Shown: positions 1 through 8,885 of the stretch, one piece after another | Numbering within the stretch: position 1 is the stretch's first letter | Layout of the letters: every line of letters starts with the position of its first letter | DNA from: an uncultured Spirochaetota bacterium | GTDB taxonomy: Bacteria; Spirochaetota; Brevinematia; Brevinematales; JAOACQ01 | Assembly: GCA_963783575.1 (NCBI GenBank) | Contig: CAWAOD010000015.1 | Coordinates: 1-64,000, forward strand | Direction of reading: 5' to 3' | Length of the DNA stretch: 64,000 nucleotides | Position numbers and translations under genes: made by a program | Notes under the pieces: model-generated | What the model was told of the DNA's origin: nothing | Database searches by the model: none | The model's input: the letters and a program-made list of their open reading frames with translations, nothing else

Positions 1-529
1 TCTTTTGTGGTAGTAGTTTTTTACGGTGTTCAAATCCCTGATTCTTTCTCCGTCTAAAGAGCCTTGAACCGTACCGGTTGAATCTACCGGCGGTTTGTCG
101 TTCACTCCATCATTGGCCGGACTGGTAATAGCAAGAGTTTTAACCTCAAGCGGCAGGTCGGCGGGAACCGGTGAAAAGGAAACAAATCCTTTCCAATCCT
201 TGAAGGAACTTCAGAGACTCCTTGAAATCAAAGCCTTTCATCTTCTCCACCAGGTCGAAAGTGTCCCCGGCTTCCCCGCATCCGAAGCAGTTGTATAAAC
301 CTTTTTCTTTATCGACCGAAAGGCTGGCCGTTTTGCTGTCATTATGCCACGGACAAAGCCCCTTGAAGTTCTTCCCGACCTTCGACAGCTTCACGTTGAA
401 ATAAGCAAAGAGTTCGATAATATCAACGCTTTTCTTGATGTCGTCTTTTTCAAATTCTTCAAGGAATCCGGCGACCTGCAGGGTTTTCTTCCCGCCTAAT
501 TTGTCTTTCTTTGGAGGTATTCCAGTCAT
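1..529 (-). pseudogene. DNA primase (CHC2 zinc finger) of element copy 3; frameshifted near 200 and running off the window edge
   Basis: CPWH...CFGC zinc finger, nearly identical to the N-terminus of 8886..11699. An extra base near 200 (aagttccttcaaggattgg versus aagttcctgaaagattgg) shifts the frame. The other frame continues ...ERIRDLNTVKNYYHKR, matching the intact copy. Confidence 0.8.
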
Positions 530-530
530 T

Positions 531-1298
531 TTACACCCCCAGCCTTAAAAGCAGTTCTTCGCCGATGGCCTTTACTTCTTCCGCGGCTTTTGACGGCCTT
601 CCGTCCACTCTTGGCCGTGATATTACGCCGGTTTTTAGTGAAATCGCTTCTTCAATACGTATCGACTTGGAAAGCGAAGTATTAAAGACCTTTTCACCAA
701 AAGCCAGCCTGATTTCATCGCTTATCTGCCTGCATATCAACGGCTTTGGGTCATATCCGTTGATAAGGATTCCAAGAATTTGTAATGAAGGGTTGAAGGT
801 CTTTCTCACTTTAGTAACAGACGCCATTAAATCATTTGCCCCCTGCATACTGTAAAGGCTTGGGTTCATTGGAACAATAAGCCAGTCAGAGGCAATTAAA
901 GCATTAACAGTTAGAATTCCGAGAGACGGCGGCGAATCAATCAAGATAAAGTCATAGTTTTGAAATTGTTCCCCGGAAAGCAAGTCTTTCATGCGGGTGA
1001 GTGACTTTATTTCCCCGACTAATGATTTTTCAAGCCCGGCAAGTTTTACATCGCCGGATAGGAGATATAAGCAGGGTCTTACTTCTTCGGCCTCATAATC
1101 CGCCGAACCACTTAAAGCCTCGTAAAGCCCGAAACCGGGAATATCAACAAGGCTCTTTGAAAGATTGCCCTGCGGATCGGCATCAATAAGCAGAGTACGA
1201 TAGCCGGAACAGGCCAGATAATAAGCAATATTAAGGCTTGTGGTTGTTTTTCCGCAGCCGCCTTTTTGGTTGGCAAAGTCTATAATTATTCGTTTCAT
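531..1298 (-). CDS. parA: ParA/Soj family ATPase (copy 3)
   Basis: NQKGGCGKTT deviant Walker A, IDADPQGN, IDSPPSL. Start moved to MKRIII at 1298 by homology with the other two copies. Confidence 0.9.
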   Translation of the reverse strand: MKRIIIDFANQKGGCGKTTTSLNIAYYLACSGYRTLLIDADPQGNLSKSLVDIPGFGLYEALSGSADYEAEEVRPCLYLLSGDVKLAGLEKSLVGEIKSLTRMKDLLSGEQFQNYDFILIDSPPSLGILTVNALIASDWLIVPMNPSLYSMQGANDLMASVTKVRKTFNPSLQILGILINGYDPKPLICRQISDEIRLAFGEKVFNTSLSKSIRIEEAISLKTGVISRPRVDGRPSKAAEEVKAIGEELLLRLGV

Positions 1299-1308
1299 GA
1301 CCAGCCCC

Positions 1309-1614
1309 CTAATTGGATTCAGGGGCTTTTCTGGCCTCAAACCTTGCGTCCCTGCGAGCCGCGCCCATGATCGAGTTTAGATGAATATAAGAACGCCGGA
1401 ATTTAAGCAGATTTACGACAGCCTGGCCGTTAAAATAATCAATCTGCGCCTGCGTCAATCCTTCACCGGAAAAGGTGAATTTCCCGATGACCTTCTTTTC
1501 TTCCTTCATCACTTCGACTTTTAAGACGGGATAACCAAGACTTACATAATAGCCCGCTTCATACATGTCGCTGGTTTCAAGGGTGTTTTCAGGTGATAGG
1601 TTTCTTGTTTCCAT
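1309..1614 (-). CDS. Small conserved protein, first gene of the element operon (DUF5659-like)
   Basis: Homologous to 12474..12752 and 32191..32466 (TxDxYEAxY...GKFxxxGEG...AQ..YxNG.A.VN); GGAGG RBS. Confidence 0.7.
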   Translation of the reverse strand: METRNLSPENTLETSDMYEAGYYVSLGYPVLKVEVMKEEKKVIGKFTFSGEGLTQAQIDYFNGQAVVNLLKFRRSYIHLNSIMGAARRDARFEARKAPESN

Positions 1615-1672
1615 GAATTTCCTCCTTGAGGCAATGCCTCTGTATCCGGAGGAAAACTTCTTCTCGATAGGA

Positions 1673-1701
1673 TTGATTTATATAGCTGTTTATGCTACAA
1701 T
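1673..1701 (+). promoter_or_regulatory. Sigma70-type promoter for putative antisense RNA (copy 3)
   Basis: TTGATT-17bp-TACAAT; same position in all three copies. Confidence 0.6.
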
Positions 1702-1707
1702 ATAATC

Positions 1708-1787
1708 CACGAGGAAGCTTTCCTCGGTTGTATCTTGGCTCTGCTTTCTTAACTTTGGTGAGCGAGGAAAGCAGGGCTTGTTTTTAC
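1708..1787 (+). ncRNA. Putative ~80-nt antisense regulatory RNA (copy 3)
   Basis: Downstream of the conserved promoter. 5' hairpin GAGGAA-gct-TTCCTC, then terminator-like hairpin GGCTCTGCTTTC...GAAAGCAGGGCT and a T-rich tail. Equivalent structure in the other copies. Confidence 0.5.
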
Positions 1788-1831
1788 TTTATTCAGCTTT
1801 TCTAAAAAATCTGTCATATATCGGTATGTAT

Positions 1832-1860
1832 ATTATATCACGTGTGTTTACATTTGTCAA
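1832..1860 (-). promoter_or_regulatory. Sigma70 promoter of the element replication/recombination operon (copy 3)
   Basis: Perfect TTGACA-17bp-TATAAT on the minus strand; equivalents at 12949-12977 and 32709-32737. Confidence 0.7.
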
Positions 1861-1940
1861 TGGCATTTATGTGAAATGTTAGTTTTTTTTTTATTCTCTT
1901 GCTATACTTAATAAACATAATTTAAGAGAAGTATATTATT

Positions 1941-2300
1941 ATGCTTATAAAAGATAAGATAAAGGAATTAAGGCAAAAGAAAAGCTGGTCACAAGGTCAG
2001 CTTGCGTTGAAATTAAAGGCCAATCAAAAACAAATCTCTGCCTATGAAAGGGGAGTTCATATACCATCGTCCGAGATGCTTATTAAAATGGCCCAAATAT
2101 TTGATGTAAGCGTGGATTATCTTGTTTTTGAGACGGAAGCAAATGTTAATCCCGGAATTAAAGATCGTGAATTGTTTAAACAATTTGAACAAATTGACAA
2201 TTTAAATGATAATGATAGACAGCTGGTAAAAGAAATTTTGAATCTTGTGATATTAAAAAATAAATTTCAGAACTTACTAGAGCCGTCAAATAGCCGATAA
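1941..2300 (+). CDS. XRE-family HTH repressor (single HTH)
   Basis: IKELRQKKSWSQGQLA...ISAYERGVHIPS...IFDVSVDYLV; divergent from the element operon. Confidence 0.9.
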   Translation: MLIKDKIKELRQKKSWSQGQLALKLKANQKQISAYERGVHIPSSEMLIKMAQIFDVSVDYLVFETEANVNPGIKDRELFKQFEQIDNLNDNDRQLVKEILNLVILKNKFQNLLEPSNSR

Positions 2301-2543
2301 AATACAAACCACCCCGCAAACCTCCAATTCCCCATAATCTGTGCAGTTTATAAATCCATCTGGCAGGACTATCTTCCCTAATTAAACAAAAGCTTTGAAT
2401 TAAAGAATAGTCTTATGTCCCGACATTCGGCTCTCGTCAGCCCCTCCCAAAATCTACGGCGCGCTCGCGCGTCTCGCACCGCCTTCGATTTCGGCAGGGG
2501 CTTCCTCAAGCCGCCGATTTTTCCGGTGCGCCACTCGCCTCTC

Positions 2544-2706
2544 TCTTAACATAATTTGCCTTATCGTCAAGCAATCGAAAAAATCGCGCTTTTTATGCCG
2601 ATTTTCCTGATTCTTTTAACTGAAAACTTTTGAATTGCCCGTCTTTTCTTCATCCCGACGGCTCAATAGTGCAAACGCCTGCCGCAAAGGCTAAATTATG
2701 TTAAGT
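2544..2706. repeat. dif-like hairpin A (inverted XerC/D-like sites, 6-bp and 7-bp spacers)
   Basis: Minus: CTTGACGATAA-GGCAAA-TTATGTTAAGA. Plus: CCTGCCGCAAA-GGCTAAA-TTATGTTAAGT. TTATGTTAA matches the XerD arm of dif. Confidence 0.75.
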
Positions 2707-2945
2707 TGTCATAATAATTTAAACCCTAAAACTTATCATCACCGGTTCCTTTATCATCAGGGTCTATGCCAAGCGTTCGGCGGCGGCGCACCGGAAAAAC
2801 CGGGCTGGCGCATCTATCAAGTCTTCCGCCATGTCCCTCCCCGCCCATACGTCCGCCTCTAGTCTGCCTCGCCATCAAGCCCCTTCCGGACTCCCGACTT
2901 TCGGTTACTAAAAAGCTGGAATTTAAAGATCTTTTTTTTTCAGAT

Positions 2946-3218
2946 CCCGCCAGCCACGAAAATTATACCGCTCAATCAAGAATTATCAAGGGTTAAGTCG
3001 CTGTCTCGCTCCCGGATTCTGCGGAATCCGCCCTTGACAATTCTTGCTTTCGCTGGTTTTGCGGTTAGGCTGGGCGGGTATTAATAATGGTAACGCCCCA
3101 ACTAATAACATCAAAGCGCGAACCGGAAATTTGTCAAGGGCATACACGGACGTATGCGACGATAGGAGTTTACCCTTGACGAATTTCCGGTGAGCCTTAC
3201 AATATCCGTAGTTGGGGC
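2946..3218. repeat. Back-to-back pair of ~125-bp nested palindromes (TCAAGGG...CCCTTGA family) with outward promoter-like motifs
   Basis: 2946-3078 and 3095-3218. Homologues at 19864-20139 (inverted), 34028-34159 and 35050-35180. Confidence 0.7.
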
Positions 3219-3414
3219 TTTCCGGTATTTGGAGTCCGGGGCGTCCCGAATAGAAATATCTATACGGCACTGGATACCGGCGGGACAGATGGGTAAAATT
3301 TTACAGGCAGCTTTTACACTCAGACCGGGTGGGCAGGGCGGTACAGATTTTCTCTACGAGACCCTGTTTTTAGCACCGCGCCTTTGCCTCTCACCACCCA
3401 CTACACCCCGGCAA

Positions 3415-3499
3415 AGTTAACATAAGTGCCGCTTATGGGCAGGCGTCTACTGCGTTTAGCCGGGCTGATCGCTTGACCATAAGCGGACTTATGTTAAAG
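3415..3499. repeat. dif-like hairpin B
   Basis: Plus: CTTGACCATAA-GCGGAC-TTATGTTAAAG. Minus: CCTGCCCATAA-GCGGCAC-TTATGTTAACT. Confidence 0.75.
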
Positions 3500-3686
3500 C
3501 AAGCGGCGGGGATCAGGCTTTGCCTGGCCACGCAAAAACAGGCGGCTTGAGGAGCGGCACTTCCAAACCCGCAGGTAGTGCGAGTCGCGCGAGCCTGCCG
3601 GAGGGGTTGGAATGTGCCCGACGAAAGACGATTTAGCTTTCTCCAGCTTCATACTTTCACCTTCGCCACTGGCTATATCCAAACCA

Positions 3687-3722
3687 TAAAAAAGCCCCTC
3701 GGTTTTTACTCCAAAGGGCTTC
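3687..3722 (-). terminator. Rho-independent terminator after the immunity gene
   Basis: Minus strand AAGCCCTTTGG...CCGAGGGGCTT followed by a T tract. Confidence 0.6.
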
Positions 3723-3727
3723 TTTAT

Positions 3728-4819
3728 CTACTTTCCTTCTTCCTTCAAGTAATAATCAAACACCCACCCCTTGATTGTCTCCTCTCCGTCCTTCTTGGCA
3801 ATCCCCGTATCGATAAAAGCCCAATACCCCTTCTTGTCCCCCACCGTCAAAGCTACATCTGACCGCTTCAAAAGCGTCACCTTCGCTCCCTTGGAGAGCT
3901 TCAACAGCACCGCCCCGTTCGTCGCCGCTTCCGACCGCACGTTTACGTTGTCGCCTGTGAGGATGTAGGTTTGAGTAAGCTGGTTTTGTAATAGTTCAAA
4001 CTTACCATTGTTAAATTTATATTTCTCCACAACAAACGGTTTGCCTTCTTCCACCCTTAGATATGCTGTTAGTATACCATTATTCGTATCAAAAGTAACA
4101 TGACTGTCTAAAATATTTGTAAGAACTTTCTTAAGAAAATTATTTCTTTCAACAAAATCCAATATTCCATTCCCATTAGTCAATTTTTCCGAGTTAAATT
4201 TTGTGTTATATGAATAAAAAGAATCTCCATCATAAAGAATAATAAAGTTACCATAAAAATATATATTCTCATAAATATTTGCATCTTCAATAGCTTTATA
4301 ATATTTGCCATTATACTTTAAAAATAAATATGAACCCGGATCCCAAACTATATTCTGAGGGACTGTATATGAAATAAAAATGTATTCCCCATTTAAATAA
4401 TTAGCCAGAGTCAAGTTAATAGTTCTTTTAAACTTTCCTTCCTCATTCTTAATAACATCAGCCTCTTTCAATAACTGGTAAAATAGCTCTCCATTTTCTT
4501 TATCGGATTTAAACCGGTAAACAGTATCATCAATTTTAATCCAGACGTTTGTCAACCGGTTTTCCGATAAGATATTGAAAGGATCAGGCATAAATGCCCA
4601 CTTTGTATTTCCTACATTTGTCTCATACTCCAAATAAACCAGCCTGTTGCTGTATTTACCCATAATATCTTCGTTAAGCAATTTTAATATCTTTCCATCT
4701 GGCCTGTCATAATAATTCATAGTTTGCGGTTCCTTCAAAATAGCATATTCGCCGCCAAATGAAACGTTTATCGCAATAGTGGTTAATAATAAATAAATTA
4801 ATGTAAATTGTCTACCCAT
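3728..4819 (-). CDS. Secreted protein with C-terminal SH3b domain; probable immunity protein of the upstream orphan toxin
   Basis: Signal peptide MGRQFTLIYLLLTTIAINVSFG (likely start 4819). C-terminal GDNVNVRSEA...KGAKVTLL...W...GWVF is SH3b-like. Directly downstream of the orphan tip. Confidence 0.65.
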   Translation of the reverse strand: MGRQFTLIYLLLTTIAINVSFGGEYAILKEPQTMNYYDRPDGKILKLLNEDIMGKYSNRLVYLEYETNVGNTKWAFMPDPFNILSENRLTNVWIKIDDTVYRFKSDKENGELFYQLLKEADVIKNEEGKFKRTINLTLANYLNGEYIFISYTVPQNIVWDPGSYLFLKYNGKYYKAIEDANIYENIYFYGNFIILYDGDSFYSYNTKFNSEKLTNGNGILDFVERNNFLKKVLTNILDSHVTFDTNNGILTAYLRVEEGKPFVVEKYKFNNGKFELLQNQLTQTYILTGDNVNVRSEAATNGAVLLKLSKGAKVTLLKRSDVALTVGDKKGYWAFIDTGIAKKDGEETIKGWVFDYYLKEEGK

Positions 4820-4835
4820 AAATGCCCCCGATTCC

Positions 4836-5838
4836 TTACTTAGAGGTAATAACAAACCATATAACTTTATCCGCAGTGTAATTAGCAAATCTGGGATTTG
4901 AATACCCCATTGTCTGTGCGTTAATCTGCTGCGAATATGCCGAGCCGGGGTCGTTTAATGTATAACTCACTGGCGTGTTATTATAATCGCTTATTTCTCC
5001 TGTTAGATTTACATAGTGATATTTCCCGGCGCCATTTGAAACTTCAACTATTGAATTTTGACCGCTCTGGATGTTTCTAGAAAGGTTTCCTGAAATATCC
5101 GTTGATGGGTGCTCGTATGCAACATTATAATTTAGATTTTGTGAATCTAAATACCTTTCAACTAATCTCTTTGGATTATTGAGAACTAGCTCCTGTATAT
5201 AAAGTATTCCCTTGTGCATCTTTTTGATTAGCAAGATTATTTAATTCTTCAACCGTTACGGTCTTATTTATTCCTAAACGTTTGAACTCATCGTTCAGAT
5301 CGTTGGCTATCGCTGTAATGAAACAACCGCTTGTTCCAATTCGGTTACTGTTAATACTATCATTTATCGAGTCAATTTGCTCACTTAGATAAAATACTTT
5401 TAATCGCTTATCACTATCGGATATACTTGAATCAAGCATTGTTGAAACTATTTCGGTTTGCAATTCAGATTTTTTACTTTGCAATTGACTTTCATAATTC
5501 CTGTTCATCACTGGATCTTCATATGTATGATTTTCATCATTGTATTGTTTTAAATTACTACCTGAGTTTGTTAAAGATGTGTCTTGAAATCCTATGTAAT
5601 CTTGAGGGTTTGGTGTAAATGTCGAAACTCCTGTATCTGTACCAATACCCATATATTCTTGGGAGGTTCCATTCTCCTGTGTTGAAATGGGGGGTCTCCT
5701 CCCTGTAGACCCTTTTTCTTTTTCCCTCAATAAATTAGACGCTTTTTTCTTTTTACATTTTATGATTTCCGCTTTCGCTTTAACCATCAAAAGCATTATA
5801 GCGGCCCGCCTCCTGGTTTCAATCACGGATTGCAGCAT
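4836..5838 (-). pseudogene. Element leader fused to orphan Rhs toxin tip 2 (C39/papain-like peptidase), split by a frameshift near 5190
   Basis: ORF 5176..5838 has SGCFITAIAN (Cys); the overlapping ORF 4836..5234 has HYVNLTG and NDPG (His/Asp), together a C39-like catalytic set. Leader resembles that of 24457..25470. Confidence 0.65.
5684..5712. other. Putative recombination junction (leader/toxin tip 2)
   Basis: GAAATGGGGG-GTCT-CCTCCCTGTAGACCC aligns without gaps to 25280-25308. Core GAAATGGGGG also occurs in rhs at 37687-37696. Confidence 0.6.
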
Positions 5839-5841
5839 TTT

Positions 5842-6093
5842 CTATACGGCCAATTCATATTCTTCTACCGGTACGCTCATCAAAGATGCCGGTTTCTTCT
5901 TATCCGAATAGATTTCAAAGAAATCCTTTTCAATTTTTTCTAAAACTTCACCTTTGAAATATCGTTCTCCGCAAAACTCGCAAACCTCGCAGGGTACATT
6001 TTCAACAACCATCATCTTACCATCGTGTTTGTAAATATATTCGACTTTTGATTCTTTTAGATTCTTGTTCCCGCAAAAACTACAAATTTCCAT
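5842..6093 (-). CDS. YgiT/MqsA-type zinc finger antitoxin
   Basis: CSFCG...VENVPCEVCEFCGE. Confidence 0.85.
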   Translation of the reverse strand: MEICSFCGNKNLKESKVEYIYKHDGKMMVVENVPCEVCEFCGERYFKGEVLEKIEKDFFEIYSDKKKPASLMSVPVEEYELAV

Positions 6094-6096
6094 ATC

Positions 6097-6408
6097 TCAT
6101 TTACCTCTTTCATAAATATTCTTGAATTTCGGCGGGGATGGGATATATACCGTTATCAGAACCAGCCAGCCGTCTTTTTCTCCGCATAATCCATGAATGG
6201 GAATTCCGCTATCCGAAAAACCCGCGACAAGAACACATGACCCCCTTCCGGTATCCTCATATTCTTCAATAACCCTGCCATTAATAATAGCGCTTTTTAT
6301 GTCCGCTACAGTAAGATTATCATCGGTTCTTTCAGTATCCGCATGATTGGAAAAATAATATTCTTTCCTTATCAATTTTTCCTTTATCCAATCAATCGTT
6401 ATTTCCAT
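6097..6408 (-). CDS. DUF4258-family putative toxin
   Basis: FSNHA...I.NG.VIEEY...SCVLVAG...PIH...VLITVYIP; paired with a YgiT-type zinc finger. Confidence 0.8.
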   Translation of the reverse strand: MEITIDWIKEKLIRKEYYFSNHADTERTDDNLTVADIKSAIINGRVIEEYEDTGRGSCVLVAGFSDSGIPIHGLCGEKDGWLVLITVYIPSPPKFKNIYERGK

Positions 6409-6431
6409 GCGTTAAACCATCCTAATATATT

Positions 6432-7451
6432 TTAGCCTTCTTTTGACTTTTGAACAAATTTTCCGCTATCTTTATTCCATTCTAAAATATAGCTTTCTCT
6501 CGATATTACATCAAAATACAATTCGTTTTCCAGCGGGTGGTATTTCCGGTAAATCTCCTTCAAGTAAGCAGTCGAAAGGTTCAAATAAATCTGCGTTGAA
6601 TCAAGCGAGCTATGCCCAAGTAAAAGCTGAACTTCTCTAATATCCGCACCGGCATTTAAAAGGTGAGTAGCGAAGGAATGTCGGATGATATGAGGGTAAA
6701 CCGCCTTTGTAATTCCCTGTTCCTCCTTAATCTTACGGATGATGCCTGAAAGGCCGCCGGTTGTTAAAGCCTTGCCGAAGCTGCCTAGAAAAAGCTTCCT
6801 TGACTGGTCTTTCTTTCGGGGAAGCCGGGAATATTCCAGCCTGATCTTTTTAATGTATTGCACAAGGTACTTTATCGGCGTTTCACCAAGCGGTAAAATT
6901 CTGTCTTTCTTGCCTTTGCCGTTTCTTATGAAAAGCATTTTCTCATCAAGGAAAATATCCGTTACTTCCAGATTACAGAGTTCCCTTGCCCGGATTCCGG
7001 TTCCGTAAAGAAGTTCTAAAATTGTCCGGTTCCGGAAGTCGAGCGGGTTGTCCACCGGAACGGAATCGATAAAGTCCCGCATTTCTTTTTCTGAAAGAAC
7101 TTTGTCCCGGATGTTATGCCGCTTTCCCTTCATTTCAACATTACCGAAAGGGTTCTGAAGGATTTTATCTTCTCTTTCAAGTATTTGAAAAATCCGCTTC
7201 ATGGCCATAGCATCTTTTTGAACGCTTTCTTTTTTGATGCCTCTTTTAGAGCTTTTCTCAAGATATTCCATAAACCCGTAAATATCGCTTTCCCTCACAT
7301 CCCGGAAATCAGGAATCTTTCTGCTTTCAAGATAATCATTGAAGCGTTTCAGTATGCGATTAAGGCTTTGTATAGAGCTTTGGGAATAGTTCCGGCTGGT
7401 GAGGACTTCGGAAACGATCGTCTTGACGACTTCAAAAGTAAGTTCGTTCAT
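6432..7451 (-). CDS. Tyrosine recombinase (XerD-like), copy 2
   Basis: ELLYGTGIRAREL, GKGKKDR, HIIRHSFATHLL, LLGHSSLDSTQIY (R-H-R-H-Y catalytic residues). Confidence 0.95.
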   Translation of the reverse strand: MNELTFEVVKTIVSEVLTSRNYSQSSIQSLNRILKRFNDYLESRKIPDFRDVRESDIYGFMEYLEKSSKRGIKKESVQKDAMAMKRIFQILEREDKILQNPFGNVEMKGKRHNIRDKVLSEKEMRDFIDSVPVDNPLDFRNRTILELLYGTGIRARELCNLEVTDIFLDEKMLFIRNGKGKKDRILPLGETPIKYLVQYIKKIRLEYSRLPRKKDQSRKLFLGSFGKALTTGGLSGIIRKIKEEQGITKAVYPHIIRHSFATHLLNAGADIREVQLLLGHSSLDSTQIYLNLSTAYLKEIYRKYHPLENELYFDVISRESYILEWNKDSGKFVQKSKEG

Positions 7452-8707
7452 GCTTTTGCCTCTCGTGGATGAAACTTGAGAAGCGTCAATCTGAGATGCT
7501 CCGGCGAAAGCTTTGTATAGCGTTCCGTTGTCGCCAGCTTTTCATGGCCTAAGAGGTCGGAAACCTGTTTGATTCCGGCTCCGTTCTCAAGCAAGTGAGA
7601 CCCGTAGGAATGCCGGAAGCAATGACAGGTTATCTTTTTCTTTATCCCGGCTTTAGAGCATGCTTTTGATAAATACCTGTTTACTGTTTCATTGCATGGG
7701 ATTTTCCCTTCGTAAGCCGATGGAAAGACACGAGTGCCTTCTACAAAGCCCCGGCAAACCAGAGGGCGAACGTTATCAATAAAAAGCTTCAGGTAGGCGG
7801 TTCCGACATCGCCAAGCTGGACAATCCTTTCCTTGTTAGTCTTTGTCTCAAATATGACGGCTTCCTGATTTTCAAAATTAATATCCTCGATCTTTAAGGC
7901 CAATAACTCGCCGATCCGCACGCCGGAGGAATAAAGGACAACCTGAATCGTTTTAAGCATAAATTCAAAAGGGGTTTCAGCCTTGACGTTAAACAGCTTG
8001 ACAACCTCTTTCCTTGATAGAATATTTCTTGAAACCTTGTCTTCAGCCCTTACGCTTCCCATCTGCCCGGAGAAACCGGCGCATAAGCCTTTCTTTGAAA
8101 GAAATATAAGGAATGGTTTGACAAGGTTTGTTTTCTGCCTCAATGTAGACGGGGCGTAAAGGCGATTGCCTTTCTTGTCTGTCTGATCGGCAAGATATTT
8201 AACGTAATCTTTTACATCATCCCGGCGGAGATCGGTAAAGCTGTTTACATTCCGTTCAAAGACAAGATACTTCAAAAAGTTCCGGGCATGCTCGGCAAGC
8301 CTGCCGGTTGTGGAAGCGGGATATCCTTCATTTTTCCGCTTTACAACGTATTCAAGGCAAATGGAACGCAATTCCTCCGGCAGCCCGGCGTATAGGTCAA
8401 TCTGAGGCTTGCCGCCGCCGGTTTGTTCAATTGTAAGCCCGCAATATTTCAAGAAACAGCGGGAAACCTGTATATACGTGCGGATTGTCTCTTTTGATTT
8501 GCCATTACCGGCGAGATAAACGGAAAAGGCTTGGATATCGGCTTTTGTGAGGGCTTGCAGCTGTTCGGGATCAGTAATATTAAGACTTTCTTTGAGAAAA
8601 GACGTAAAGGCAATGAGAGCGTTCTTTTTGACAATCAAACCCTGCCTCTTGAAGTTCCGGACTTCGTAGTATGAAAGGAAGTTTTGAATTAACTTTTCTA
8701 TCGTCAT
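7448..8707 (-). CDS. Tyrosine recombinase with extended N-terminus (XerC-like), copy 2
   Basis: LYSSGVRIGEL, HCFRHSYGSHLL, LLGHEKLATTERY. Start MTIEKL at 8707 from RBS and homology to 27175..28455. Confidence 0.93.
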   Translation of the reverse strand: MTIEKLIQNFLSYYEVRNFKRQGLIVKKNALIAFTSFLKESLNITDPEQLQALTKADIQAFSVYLAGNGKSKETIRTYIQVSRCFLKYCGLTIEQTGGGKPQIDLYAGLPEELRSICLEYVVKRKNEGYPASTTGRLAEHARNFLKYLVFERNVNSFTDLRRDDVKDYVKYLADQTDKKGNRLYAPSTLRQKTNLVKPFLIFLSKKGLCAGFSGQMGSVRAEDKVSRNILSRKEVVKLFNVKAETPFEFMLKTIQVVLYSSGVRIGELLALKIEDINFENQEAVIFETKTNKERIVQLGDVGTAYLKLFIDNVRPLVCRGFVEGTRVFPSAYEGKIPCNETVNRYLSKACSKAGIKKKITCHCFRHSYGSHLLENGAGIKQVSDLLGHEKLATTERYTKLSPEHLRLTLLKFHPREAKA

Positions 8708-8751
8708 TTTGTTATCCTCTTTTTTAGGGTGTATGCCTCCCCCGGAAACGC

Positions 8752-8870
8752 TGACCCACTCCTTTTGAGGCTCACCTCTTTTTCTAATCCATTGCAATTA
8801 ATAAAAATATAAAAGAGGCTGGCCTCAAAAGTGGGTCTGACCCGGTTTGACCCGCTCTGACCCACTTTTG
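8752..8870. repeat. TGACCC iteron-like repeats, candidate replication origin (copy 2)
   Basis: AAAAGTGGGTC-TGACCCGGTT-TGACCCGCTC-TGACCCACTTTT with 10-bp periodicity, directly downstream of the primase gene. Confidence 0.55.
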
Positions 8871-8885
8871 CATTTTTACCTGTAT

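Larger units (their letters stand above)
1..5693 (-). mobile_element. Integrative satellite-like element, unit 3 (partial, empty cargo slot)
   Basis: Same order up to the primase, which is cut by the window edge. Confidence 0.55.

Noticed and set aside
2766..3682. Short ORFs in the GC-rich scaffold (2766..2996, 2986..3270, 3190..3420, 3494..3682; also 33576..34166 and 35513..35734)
   Set aside because: Starts and frames are not preserved between homologous copies; they overlap palindromes and lack clear RBSs.
8708..8797. N-terminal extension of the 449-aa recombinase ORF
   Set aside because: The paralogue starts at MTIE, there is an RBS before 8707, and the extension overlaps the iteron region.
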